Shown in pieces: positions 17,482 through 26,456 of a DNA stretch of 64,000 nt (position 1 is its first letter; each line of letters starts with the position of its first letter). This stretch comes from Gaiellaceae bacterium (lineage in GTDB: Bacteria; Actinomycetota; Thermoleophilia; Gaiellales; Gaiellaceae). Location: positions 3,494 through 67,493 of the forward strand of contig DATBQM010000018.1 in NCBI GenBank assembly GCA_036560805.1. Direction: 5' to 3'. The notes under the pieces are model-generated. The model did no database searches and was not told where the DNA came from. It worked only from the letters and a program-made list of their open reading frames with translations. The translations under genes and the position numbers were made by a program.

Positions 17482-17521
17482 ACATCCAGTCTGGTAAGGA
17501 GGGGTCGACGGTTCGAGTCCG
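17482..17521 (+). repeat. att copy 3 (tRNA-Thr 3' half, one G missing from the G-run)
   Basis: TGGTAAGGAGGGGTCGACGGTTCGAGTCCGTCAGAGGGCT matches 10696-10736 with a 1-nt deletion. Confidence 0.8.
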
Positions 17522-17526
17522 TCAGA

Positions 17527-17549
17527 GGGCTCTGCAAAAGCGCCGCATG
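17527..17549 (+). terminator. Terminator-like hairpin after att copy 3, a diverged homolog of 15484-15510
   Basis: AAAGCGCCG-CATGT-CGGCGCTTT, followed by CTCGTT. Confidence 0.35.
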
Positions 17550-17833
17550 TCGGCGCTTTCTCGTTCAGGCCGACCTGCTCCCTTGTCGAACGCGCGGTGG
17601 GTATGGAGCCGTTTATGGAGCTTTCGCGTTCGCGAGGGCGAACGAACGACAAGCGGTAGGACGACGTGCCGGCGCGGCCTCAGACTGAGGCGGCGACGAC
17701 GAACGCATGCCGGTTCGAGCGCGGGGTCGCGAAGGGCGTTTGAGGTGGTCGCCTTGAAATCGGCTTCGCCGCGCTGTGTCACTGCGAGAGGCGCCCGGTC
17801 AGAGGATCCCCGCTCCCGCCATCCCTCGGCGCA

Positions 17834-19165
17834 TCAGGTCGCCTCCGACGCGGCCTGCAGCGGCGGGGATTTCGTCGGCAAGAGGGGGTCGGGTATCCGG
17901 TTTCCGAGTCGAAGGAAGGCGGCACCCGTCACTGCTAGAGAAGCGGCGCCGCCCCACCAGATGGTGTCGGGTGACGTTCCGAGCAGCACGCCGCCTACCG
18001 CGGGGCCGAGAGCCACGCCGACCATGAAGCTGAACTGGTAGAGCGACATGTAGCGGCCGAGCAGATGCGGCGGCGCGATTTCCGCGACTAGCGGGCCGAG
18101 CACGATGAATTGAGCACACTCAGCGACCGCGATCACGATCGCCACCCCGGCCAAGACGGTGGTAGCGGCGAGCGTCGAGTGCGTGAGCGTTGCGAGCAGG
18201 ACCGCGAGCAGGCCGACTGCGAATATGGCGCTGGTGGCGAACAAAGCGTGCGTGCGGCGCATCCGCGCCACCACCCGTGTCGCCGGTACCTGCGCTACGA
18301 CGATGAAGAAGGTGTTGATGAAGACGACGACACCGATCTCACCGGCCCCGATAGGTGTGTGCGCCACCGCAAACGGCGGGAGGATGTTGGAGAAGAACGC
18401 GCCGCCGATCAGGACGAGAGCGAGGTTGCCCGCGATCAAGGCGAGCAACAGCCGATCCCGAGCAACAGCTCGGAAACCCTGTGCGCCCGCGCTCGCCGAC
18501 GGAGCATCGGCGAGGCCAGGATCCGGGATCCAGACGAGCACAACCAGCGCGAAGGCGACGAACGTGACCGCGTCGAAGAGGTAGAGACCCTGGAACGCCT
18601 GGAGGTGATGATGGGTGGCCGCGACGATGAAGCCCGCAACCGTCGCGCCGAGGCCGAGACCGAAGTTGCCTGCGACTCGTCGGAGCGCGGTCGATGCGGC
18701 GCGCTGCTCCGCCGGGATCAGGGTCAAGGTCAGGACTTGGCCGGCCGTTCCCACGAATCCGAAGCCGGCACCGCCGACGGCCGAGCAGACGAAGCCTTGC
18801 CAAGGACGGTCGACAAACGCCAATCCCCCGTAGCCGAGTGCGTTCACGACGTTGCCCGCGATCAAAATCCGTTTCGCACTGAAACGATCGAGGAGCGCAC
18901 CCGAAGGGAGCGTTACCACTGCGGCCGTGCCCATGACCGTCGCCAGCACCAGCCCCGCCGTCGCCGTCGAGAAACCGCGGACCGTGTGGAGGTAGATGAT
19001 CTCGAAGGGAAGGATCAGTCCGGTGCCGACGTAGTTGAGCGCGTTCCCGCCTTGAAGAACGAGGACACGCCTCGGAAGGCCCGTACGCCAAAAGGCGAAC
19101 ACACGTGGGAGCGCGCTGCTCACTCTGTGGCGAGTTTCTGCCTGATTCCTGAAGCGGTCGGTCAT
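17834..19165 (-). CDS. MFS transporter
   Basis: 443 aa with about 12 predicted TM helices and the typical MFS loop LLDRFSAKRILIAG. Confidence 0.85.
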   Translation of the reverse strand: MTDRFRNQAETRHRVSSALPRVFAFWRTGLPRRVLVLQGGNALNYVGTGLILPFEIIYLHTVRGFSTATAGLVLATVMGTAAVVTLPSGALLDRFSAKRILIAGNVVNALGYGGLAFVDRPWQGFVCSAVGGAGFGFVGTAGQVLTLTLIPAEQRAASTALRRVAGNFGLGLGATVAGFIVAATHHHLQAFQGLYLFDAVTFVAFALVVLVWIPDPGLADAPSASAGAQGFRAVARDRLLLALIAGNLALVLIGGAFFSNILPPFAVAHTPIGAGEIGVVVFINTFFIVVAQVPATRVVARMRRTHALFATSAIFAVGLLAVLLATLTHSTLAATTVLAGVAIVIAVAECAQFIVLGPLVAEIAPPHLLGRYMSLYQFSFMVGVALGPAVGGVLLGTSPDTIWWGGAASLAVTGAAFLRLGNRIPDPLLPTKSPPLQAASEAT

Positions 19166-19271
19166 CGATCAGCTCATCTCCGGTGGTTGTGTGGACGTCA
19201 AAGACACCGCAATGCCGCGAAACGGACCGCCGGTCCGGTCCGTTTCCGACGGACCTGGTGTCATTGACGCG

Positions 19272-20231
19272 ATGACCGTCGCTCTCGAGCGGGCCAAGGC
19301 AGGTGACGAGCATGCGTTCGCCACGCTGGTCGAGCCGTTCCGGCGTGAGCTCCAGCTGCATTGCTACCGGCTACTCGGCTCCGTGCAGGACGCCGAGGAT
19401 CTCGTCCAGGAAACGCTGCTTGCCGCTTGGCGCGGACTCGACGGCTTCGAGGAGCGGGCGTCGCTTCGCTCCTGGCTCTACCGGATCGCAACCAACCGGA
19501 GTCTCAACGCGATTCGCGAACGCGGACGCCGCCCAGCCACGGAGAACACGATGAGACCGTCAAAAACCCGCCGCGCCGTCGAGCCCAGCTGGCTCGAGCC
19601 TTACGCGGACAGTGCGCTTCCGGATCCTGCTCCCGGACCTGAAGCACGCTACGAGCAGCGCGAAGCAATCCAGCTCTCGTTCATCGTCGCGCTGCAGCAG
19701 CTGCCCGGGAAGCAGCGCGCAGCGCTCGTGCTGCGCGACGTGCTCGGCTTCCACACCGACGAAGCCGCCTCGATCCTCGAGACGACGCCGCAGTCGGTCA
19801 AGGCCGCGCTCCAACGCGCACGCGCAACGCTCGACTCGTACACCGTCGAACGCGAGCAGGCGCCGCTGTCCGACTCGCCGACCGAACGGAACCTTCTCGC
19901 CACCTTCAGCGACGCCGTCGAAGCCGGCGACACGGCGCTCCTCGTAACTCTGCTGAGCTCCGACGCTCGTGTGACCATGCCGCCGCAGCCGCTCGAGCTC
20001 ATCGGACACGAAGCGATCGGCGCGTTCCTCGACGACCGCGCCGAGGCCCGCGGCGCCCCGCTACAGCTACGCCCGACCCGCGCCAACGGCCAGCCGGCCT
20101 TCGGCTACTACGTGCGCTCGCAGTCCCGGGGCATGATGGTGCTCACCCTGAGCGGCAGCAAGGTCGATGAGATCACGTTCTTCGCCGACCCCGCGCTGCC
20201 CGGCCGCTTCGGTCTTCCCGAACACATCTAG
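19272..20231 (+). CDS. ECF-type RNA polymerase sigma-70 factor with long C-terminal (SnoaL/NTF2-like) extension
   Basis: Region 2 is DAEDLVQETLLAAWRGLDGFEERASLRSWLYRIATNRSLNAIR. Region 4 is LPGKQRAALVLRDVLGFHTDEAASILETTPQSVKAALQRAR. About 130 extra C-terminal aa follow. Start at ATG 19272. Confidence 0.85.
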   Translation: MTVALERAKAGDEHAFATLVEPFRRELQLHCYRLLGSVQDAEDLVQETLLAAWRGLDGFEERASLRSWLYRIATNRSLNAIRERGRRPATENTMRPSKTRRAVEPSWLEPYADSALPDPAPGPEARYEQREAIQLSFIVALQQLPGKQRAALVLRDVLGFHTDEAASILETTPQSVKAALQRARATLDSYTVEREQAPLSDSPTERNLLATFSDAVEAGDTALLVTLLSSDARVTMPPQPLELIGHEAIGAFLDDRAEARGAPLQLRPTRANGQPAFGYYVRSQSRGMMVLTLSGSKVDEITFFADPALPGRFGLPEHI

Positions 20232-20277
20232 CTCCGCCTTGGCTGCTGAAAGCTGGATCGACCAGGAGGGAAGACAG

Positions 20278-21444
20278 ATGCTCTACGAGCCGACTTGGTT
20301 CGATGCTCTGATCGACGAGCCGTGGGTTCCGGCGCGCGTCGAGGAGGCGATCGCTGCGATCGTCGCCGACGCGGACGCTGCGTTCGATCCGAGAGCGCTC
20401 TGGCCCGCACACGAGTGGGATGCGCGGGAGAAGCCGCTACCGCTGTCCGGCCTGTACGCCGGGGCGGCCGGCGTGATCTGGGCACTCGATGAACTTCGGA
20501 AGCGCGGCCATGCCGAGTCGTCGCGCGACCTCGCTGCTGCCATGCTGCGCGCGGTCGAGCTCGAGCGGGCGACCCCGGACTTCTCGGCGGATGAGCACTA
20601 CCGTCCTGGCGCACTCATCTCCGGGGAGACGGGAGCACTGCTCGTCGCCTTCCGGCTGACCTCCGATCCAGCGCTCGCGGACGACGTACACGCGCTCGTT
20701 CGCGGGAACGTCGACAACCCGACGGACGACATCAGCTGGGGTGCGCCCGGGACGCTCCTCGCCGCTTTGGCGATGGGCGAATGGACGGGCGAGCGTCGGT
20801 GGGATAAGGCTGCGCGCGAGTCTGCCACTGTGCTCCGGGAGCGCCGCGGCGACGACGGGCTGTGGCGCCAGGACGACGACTACCGCGGCCTGAGCACTCT
20901 CCACGGCGTCGCGGGAAACACACTCGCTCTGCTCCGCCTCGACCCCGACGATGCCGTCGCGAGCAAGAGCGCGGTCGTTCTCGCGCGACATGCATTCCGC
21001 GAGGACGGCCTCGCCAACTGGCCCGGCACGCCGCGAGCGCAGCTCGCGCGGCCACGAGACGGTCGGATCTGCCTCCAGTGGTGCACCGGCGCGCCGGGGG
21101 TCATCGCCGGCGCCTGGGACTTCCTCGACAAGGATCTCGTGCTTGCCGGCGCCGAGCTCATCTGGCGTGCGGGCGCCCACCGGGACGAGAAGGGCCACGG
21201 CCTCTGCCACGGCACGTCGGGCAACGGGTTCGCGCTCTTGAAGGCGTTCGCGCGCACCGGCGACGAGCGCTGGCTCGAGCGCGCCCGACGCTTCGCCGTC
21301 CACGCGCTCGCCCAAGCGGAACGGATCGCGACCGCGAATGGCCGCCGCCGCTACTCGCTCTTCACCGGCGACGTCGGCACCGCGCTCTTCGCCGCCGCGT
21401 GCCTCGACGGCGACACGCGCTTCCCGGTCATCGACGTCATGTAG
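20278..21444 (+). CDS. LanC-like (lanthionine synthetase C-like) protein, stand-alone
   Basis: AGGAGGG RBS before ATG 20278. GxxG repeats of the alpha-toroid. Zn-ligand motifs LQWCTGAPG and GLCHGTSGNG, plus STLHGVAGN. Confidence 0.85.
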   Translation: MLYEPTWFDALIDEPWVPARVEEAIAAIVADADAAFDPRALWPAHEWDAREKPLPLSGLYAGAAGVIWALDELRKRGHAESSRDLAAAMLRAVELERATPDFSADEHYRPGALISGETGALLVAFRLTSDPALADDVHALVRGNVDNPTDDISWGAPGTLLAALAMGEWTGERRWDKAARESATVLRERRGDDGLWRQDDDYRGLSTLHGVAGNTLALLRLDPDDAVASKSAVVLARHAFREDGLANWPGTPRAQLARPRDGRICLQWCTGAPGVIAGAWDFLDKDLVLAGAELIWRAGAHRDEKGHGLCHGTSGNGFALLKAFARTGDERWLERARRFAVHALAQAERIATANGRRRYSLFTGDVGTALFAAACLDGDTRFPVIDVM

Positions 21445-21448
21445 TTAG

Positions 21449-22186
21449 TCAGTCTGTGTATTCGTCCTTCCGCCGCGGGCTCGCGCCGGCCGGCGCGCCT
21501 TTCGGCGTCCGCTCTTCGAGGAAGCTGAAGTACGGCGCAACGAAGGGGTCGGGCGCCGACACGGTGTAGGTGTGGTAGACGGTGCCGTTGTCGCGCGCGA
21601 AGGCGATCCAGCTCGGATTCTCGCGCAGCCCGTCCTTCAGCTCCGCGCCGATGTCGCGCGACCACTCCCGCAGGAAAGCGGGCGGGTTCTCGATCAGCTC
21701 CTTGATCTGCGGAACCTGATGCGCCTGCTCCAACGTGAGTGCGAGGCCGAAGTCGAACGCAAACTCACTCTCGTACGTCGAGACCCAAGGGAACTGCCAG
21801 CCCATGCGCCGCTTGTACGCGGCTAGCCGGTCGATCGGCGCACGCGAGAAAGCGATCAGCGTCACGTCCATGTGACTCAGATGGACACGCGCGCCATCGA
21901 GGCCATCGGCGAGGCTCGTGCATCCGGGACAGGCGCCGAGCGTGTAGTCGGGGCCGTACATCACGTTGTAGGCGAGCAGCTGCGAGCGCCCCTCGAAAAG
22001 CTCGGACAGCGTCTTCTTTCCGTCCTCGGTGTCGAGCTCGTACTCCTTCTCCACCGCCACCCACGGAAGCTCCCGGCGTTTCTCCGTGATCTCCCGCGTG
22101 CGCTCGGCGTGTTCGGCCTCGAGCTTCGCGAGCTCGTCACGGGCCGCCTGCCACTCCTCGCGCGTTCCAGTCGCGTGCGTCGTCAT
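21449..22186 (-). CDS. DUF899 thioredoxin-like domain protein
   Basis: ATG at 22186 with a GGAGGAG RBS. EEWQAARDELAKLEAEH...RRELPWV...LSELFEGRSQLLAYNVMYGP...CPGCTSLAD...YKRRMGWQFPWVS matches the DUF899 pattern. The rest of the 915-aa ORF is off-frame noise. Confidence 0.8.
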   Translation of the reverse strand: MTTHATGTREEWQAARDELAKLEAEHAERTREITEKRRELPWVAVEKEYELDTEDGKKTLSELFEGRSQLLAYNVMYGPDYTLGACPGCTSLADGLDGARVHLSHMDVTLIAFSRAPIDRLAAYKRRMGWQFPWVSTYESEFAFDFGLALTLEQAHQVPQIKELIENPPAFLREWSRDIGAELKDGLRENPSWIAFARDNGTVYHTYTVSAPDPFVAPYFSFLEERTPKGAPAGASPRRKDEYTD

Positions 22187-22203
22187 CGGCTCCTCCTTCG
22201 TCG

Positions 22204-22821
22204 TTACATCGTCAGGGTCGTCGCGCCGAGGCCGACGAGCAACAGCGCGACCGGCCCGACGAGGGATGCGCCGAAGCGCGGCACCTTCTCCACGAACACG
22301 AGCCCGGCCACGACGAGCATCCACGTCACGCTCATCGCGCCGAGCGCGAGCAGGACGAGCATGAGGCCGGCGCTGCATCCGAGGCAGTGCATGCCGTAGC
22401 GCGCGCCAGCGGTAACGCCGTTCGTCTCCGAACCGACGCCATTCCGGCAGCAGGCGAGGCAGCGTCGTTTCAGCGGCGTCAGTTCGTAGACTGCCGCCGC
22501 GAACACCACGCCGGCTGCGGCGGCGTGGATCCCGCGGTAGGCCGCGAACGCGGCGATTCCCGCGATGCCCCAGACGGCCACGTAGCTCACCGCAAACGCA
22601 AGTGGCGCGACGCCGCGGAGCCCGAGCGCCACGGGGAGGGCCGACGGCAACATCATCGCGGCCATCATCACCGTCCATGTGACGGCGAAAAACGACAGCG
22701 TCCCGAGCCCCGACCCCATCTCCATCCCGGTCATCCGCCGGACGGAGATCGCCCAAGTCGCGCCGACGAGCACGAGCAGCGCGGTCGACGTGGCAGTGCG
22801 AGCGGTACGAAGACGCATCAC
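22204..22821 (-). CDS. DUF2182 predicted metal-binding integral membrane protein
   Basis: Polytopic membrane profile with the MMAAMMLPSALP motif and a Cys cluster, CLACCRNG...HCLGC. Confidence 0.7.
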   Translation of the reverse strand: MMRLRTARTATSTALLVLVGATWAISVRRMTGMEMGSGLGTLSFFAVTWTVMMAAMMLPSALPVALGLRGVAPLAFAVSYVAVWGIAGIAAFAAYRGIHAAAAGVVFAAAVYELTPLKRRCLACCRNGVGSETNGVTAGARYGMHCLGCSAGLMLVLLALGAMSVTWMLVVAGLVFVEKVPRFGASLVGPVALLLVGLGATTLTM

Positions 22822-23011
22822 GGCTACTAGGACGCCGGCGGCACCGGAGAATCATCGGCATCGCCGCGGTTGCGTAAGCGATGGAGGCAAGCCGCCTGTG
22901 GAAACGCCGACGTTTTGAAAGCTCGCAACTGGATACGCATGAGGTTCCCGTCGAGCGAGGTCTCACGGCGCGCTGCGGCGACAACGTCATACGCCCTAGG
23001 GGAGACGACCC

Positions 23012-24478
23012 ATGCGGGAACGGGTTGCAATCGTGTTCATGACGCTCAACGTCATGGGGACACTCGCCCTCGGCGGAGCGATCGCCTACGACTTCTCGCA
23101 TCGGAACGGCGCTGCCCAGCCGGCCACGGCCGGGGTCGCCGGGCAGGCCTACACGTCCCCTTCCGCCAGCAGCTCGGGCACGGGACCGCCGGTCAGTGCC
23201 CCGTCGACGCCGACGCCGACGAGTAGCGGCAGTACGCCAAGCGCACAAGTCGCGAGCCGCCGCGCAGCGCCGCAAGTCCACAGTGCCTCGGGCGGGAAGA
23301 AGAGCTCGGCCGCGAAGACCAGCTCGGGAGGCAAGAACGCTGCCCCGGCGACCAATGCGACGCAGACCCCGCAGCAAGCCGTGAACCACGGGGTCATCAC
23401 CGTCGGCGGCATCTACGACGAGACCGGGCCGATCGACGCGACGGTGGAGCGCGACACCGTCCGCTCGTACTTCGACATGGTCAATCAGGCGGGCGGGGTC
23501 AACGGCTACAAGTTCCAGCTGATCGACTGCGACTCGAAGTACGACCCGTCGTCGGCGCATCAGTGTGCGCAGAAGCTGATCAGCCAGGGCGTGCTCGCGA
23601 TCGTGGGCTGGCTGTCGCTGTCCGGCGAGCAGAACGAGACCACGTATCTGACCCAGCAAGGCGTCCCGATCATCGGCGGCCTCGGCGTGCCCTCCGAGTA
23701 CCAATCGCCGCTGTCTTACCCGACGACGCCGAGCCTCGTCACCGACGGAACCGCGCTCGGCACGCATGCCGGCCAGATCGGGCTCAAGAGGCCCGGCGTC
23801 ATCTTCCTCAACGCCAACTTCATCCAGCCGGTCGAGCAATCGTTCCTGTCCGCGATGCAGCGGCAAGGGATCTCGCCGGTCGACGTCGAGACCGTCGACG
23901 CGACCAAGGCCGACTACACCGACATCGTGCTCAAGTTCCAGGCGAGCGGCGCGCAGTCGGTGGCCGCCTTCCTGGACCCGTTCTCCTACGCGCGCCTGTT
24001 CCAGGCGATGGAGCGTCAGAACTTCCACGTGCCGCTCCTCGGAGGGGGACTGGACAAGGCGTCGGCCAACCGGCAGTACGACTCCGGCTGCGGCTCGAGC
24101 TGCGCGGTCTACGGCGCCGACTCGGTGACGCCGGTGCTCGAGTTCCTCGACCACACGAGCACCCCGGCGATCGCGCAGTACCTCAACGCCGTGCACACGT
24201 ACTACCCCGGCCAGTTCCAGGCGCTCGATGCCTACAGCACCTACCAGTGGCTCGCCGCCGAAGTGTTCGTACAGGCCGTCAAGAGCATCGGCAACAACCC
24301 CGTGACGCGACAGAGCCTCGTCAACGCCCTGAACAACCTGAGGAACCTCGACGACGGCGGCATCACCACCCCGATCTCGTACTCAGCTGGGAACAGCCAC
24401 GACCCCTTGCACTGCCTCCAGTGGCTCCACAACTACAACGGTCAGTGGAGGACGACATCGGGCTGGAACTGCTTCTGA
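23012..24478 (+). CDS. ABC transporter substrate-binding protein, branched-chain amino acid (LivJ/Peripla_BP_6) type
   Basis: N-terminal TM anchor and a Ser/Pro/Thr linker. Then ITVGGIYDETGPIDA...VNGYKFQLIDCDSKYDPS...AQKLISQGVLAIVG. Confidence 0.85.
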   Translation: MRERVAIVFMTLNVMGTLALGGAIAYDFSHRNGAAQPATAGVAGQAYTSPSASSSGTGPPVSAPSTPTPTSSGSTPSAQVASRRAAPQVHSASGGKKSSAAKTSSGGKNAAPATNATQTPQQAVNHGVITVGGIYDETGPIDATVERDTVRSYFDMVNQAGGVNGYKFQLIDCDSKYDPSSAHQCAQKLISQGVLAIVGWLSLSGEQNETTYLTQQGVPIIGGLGVPSEYQSPLSYPTTPSLVTDGTALGTHAGQIGLKRPGVIFLNANFIQPVEQSFLSAMQRQGISPVDVETVDATKADYTDIVLKFQASGAQSVAAFLDPFSYARLFQAMERQNFHVPLLGGGLDKASANRQYDSGCGSSCAVYGADSVTPVLEFLDHTSTPAIAQYLNAVHTYYPGQFQALDAYSTYQWLAAEVFVQAVKSIGNNPVTRQSLVNALNNLRNLDDGGITTPISYSAGNSHDPLHCLQWLHNYNGQWRTTSGWNCF

Positions 24479-24479
24479 G

Positions 24480-26456
24480 ATGAACGTCCTCGCGTCAGCG
24501 GACTGGGGCCTGCTTCCGGGCTACACCGTCATCGGGATAACGCTCGGAGGCATCTACGCGCTGGCGGCGATCGGTCTCGTCCTCATCTATCGCGTCTCGG
24601 GCGTGCTCAACTTCGCGCAGGGCGCGGTATCGATGTTCAGCGCCTTCGTCGCGTATCAGGTTTCCACCGTGATGGGCGCTCCGGCAGCGGTCGGCCTTCT
24701 CGCCGCGATCGTCGCCGGCGGCGCGATCGGCTACGTCATCGAGCGATTCACGATCCGTCCTCTCGCCGGCCGCTCGGCACTGAGCAAGGTCGTGGTGACG
24801 ATCGGCTGGCTGCTCGTCCTGCAGACGGCCGCCGGCCTAATTTGGGGACAGACGGCGTACCACCGCCCGGTCCAGCTCGCGCCCATCCAGGGTTTCACGT
24901 TCCCCGGCACGTCCGTCGTCGTCGGCTGGGACGAGTTCACGACCATCGTGGTCGCGCTCGGCCTCGCGTTCGGCACCGCCGCCGTGCTCCGGTGGACGAC
25001 CTTCGGCACCTCGATGCGGGCGGTCGCCGACGACCCCGACGCTGCTCGGCTGTGGGGGATCAACGTCAATCGGGTGATGGCGGTCTCGTGGGTGGCCGGC
25101 TCCGCCATGGGAGCGATCGCCGGAGTGCTGATCACGCCGCGCATCAACTTCGACCCGATCTCGCTCACGCTCGTCGTGATCGACGCATTCACTGCCGCGC
25201 TCATCGGCCGGCTAACGAGCCTGCCCTGGACGGTGATCGGTGCGATGTTCCTCGGCCTCGCCGAGACGTATCCGCGCATCTTCTCGTCGAATGCCGGCAC
25301 CGGACAAGCGGTGACGTTTGCGCTCGTCCTGTTGACGCTGGCGATCCTCTTCCGCCCCGGAACGCGCCTCGCGCAACGTGTCTCGGCCGCGAAGGAATAC
25401 GTGCCTGTCCCCGCTACGAGCAATCCCCCGGTCCTCGTCTGGGTCGTGGGGACGGCGATCGGGCTCGCGGTCATGGTCCCGGTGCTCCTTACGAGCTACT
25501 ACCAATCGCTCGCGGCGTACTCGCTCATCGTCGGGCTGATCGTGCTGTCGCTCGTCGTGCTGACGGGGCTCGTCGGTCAAGTCTCGTTCTGTCAATACTC
25601 GTTCGCCGCGATCGGCGCGTTTACCGTCGGGTCGCTCGTCGGAGGCCACGGCTGGAGCTTCTGGCCGGCGCTCGTATTGGGCGTGGTTTTCTCGATCGGC
25701 GTCGGAGTGCTCGTCGGGATCCCGGCGCTGCGATTGTCAGGCCTGTTCCTCGCGATCCTGACGATCGCGGTCGCGTTGTTCTTCGACAAGTTCCTGCTGG
25801 CGCCCGGGACGTGGGACTCGTTCTCGGGAGGGATTTCGTCATGGACGCTCGGACGACCGAGCTTCCTCGGCATCTCGCTCGCCGGCGCCTACGCCTTCTA
25901 CCTGTTCACGCTCGGCGTGTTCCTCCTCGCTGCGCTCGTGGTCTGGAACCTCAGCAGATCGAAGACCGGCCGCGTGCTGCGGGCGATCCGGAACTCGGAG
26001 ATCGCAGCCGCGACGAGCGGCGTGAACCTCACGGCGTGGAAACTTGCGGCGTTCGGGGTGTCGGCCGGCCTCGCCGGTCTGGCCGGCGGCCTGCTCGCTG
26101 CAGGCATCGGCTCGGTGAGCGCTGGGGCGTACGGATTCCAGCAGTCGCTGACGGTGGTGGCCATCGCAATCGTGGTCGGTGTCCGCTCGGTCGGCGCGGC
26201 CGCCGTCGGCGGCATTTTCCTCATCTTCGGGCCCGAGCTGCTGACCCACACGCCGCTGTCGACGCTGTGGTTCCCACTCATCGTCGGCGCGATCCTCATC
26301 GTGCAGGTCATCCTCACCCCGCAGGGCGTCGTGCCGGACTGGCAGGAGCGTTTCCGCAGGCGGTTCCCACCGCCGCCTCGGTTCCCCGCCCCGCCCGAGC
26401 CCGCGACGCGGCCCAATCTCGCCGCCAGCGAGGCGCCGACGATGGTGAGGGTCTGA
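24480..26456 (+). CDS. Fused branched-chain amino acid ABC permease (LivH-like + LivM-like halves)
   Basis: 658 aa and fully hydrophobic. The first ~290 aa are LivH-like (LNFAQGAVSMF). The second half is LivM-like (GQVSFCQYSFAAIGAF). Confidence 0.85.
   Translation: MNVLASADWGLLPGYTVIGITLGGIYALAAIGLVLIYRVSGVLNFAQGAVSMFSAFVAYQVSTVMGAPAAVGLLAAIVAGGAIGYVIERFTIRPLAGRSALSKVVVTIGWLLVLQTAAGLIWGQTAYHRPVQLAPIQGFTFPGTSVVVGWDEFTTIVVALGLAFGTAAVLRWTTFGTSMRAVADDPDAARLWGINVNRVMAVSWVAGSAMGAIAGVLITPRINFDPISLTLVVIDAFTAALIGRLTSLPWTVIGAMFLGLAETYPRIFSSNAGTGQAVTFALVLLTLAILFRPGTRLAQRVSAAKEYVPVPATSNPPVLVWVVGTAIGLAVMVPVLLTSYYQSLAAYSLIVGLIVLSLVVLTGLVGQVSFCQYSFAAIGAFTVGSLVGGHGWSFWPALVLGVVFSIGVGVLVGIPALRLSGLFLAILTIAVALFFDKFLLAPGTWDSFSGGISSWTLGRPSFLGISLAGAYAFYLFTLGVFLLAALVVWNLSRSKTGRVLRAIRNSEIAAATSGVNLTAWKLAAFGVSAGLAGLAGGLLAAGIGSVSAGAYGFQQSLTVVAIAIVVGVRSVGAAAVGGIFLIFGPELLTHTPLSTLWFPLIVGAILIVQVILTPQGVVPDWQERFRRRFPPPPRFPAPPEPATRPNLAASEAPTMVRV

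Larger units (their letters stand above)
15439..17521. mobile_element. Island B / degenerate second insertion between att copies 2 and 3 (single cargo gene, no integrase)
   Basis: Bounded by att copy 2 and a third 40-nt copy with a 1-nt deletion. The ~140 nt flanking each copy on the right are homologous. Confidence 0.4.

Noticed and set aside
15439-17521. tRNA-like sequences at 15439-15482 and 17482-17521, as possible extra tRNA or pseudo-tRNA genes.
   Set aside because: Only the anticodon-loop-to-3'-end half is present. There is no 5' acceptor strand or D arm upstream. They are better explained as att duplications from integration into tRNA-Thr.
20232-21500. Search for a lanthipeptide precursor (small Ser/Thr/Cys-rich ORF) or a dehydratase next to the LanC-like gene.
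   Set aside because: Only 46 nt separate the sigma and LanC genes. The downstream neighbour is a convergent DUF899 gene. No candidate small ORF with a leader/core organisation was seen.
21449-24196. A 915-aa minus-strand ORF spanning the DUF899 gene, the DUF2182 gene and the Liv substrate-binding gene region.
   Set aside because: Only the last 246 aa (from ATG 22186, which has a strong RBS) look like a real protein. The upstream ~670 aa are Arg/Gly/Pro/Asp-rich low-complexity sequence, typical of off-frame reading in high-GC DNA. They overlap well-supported genes.
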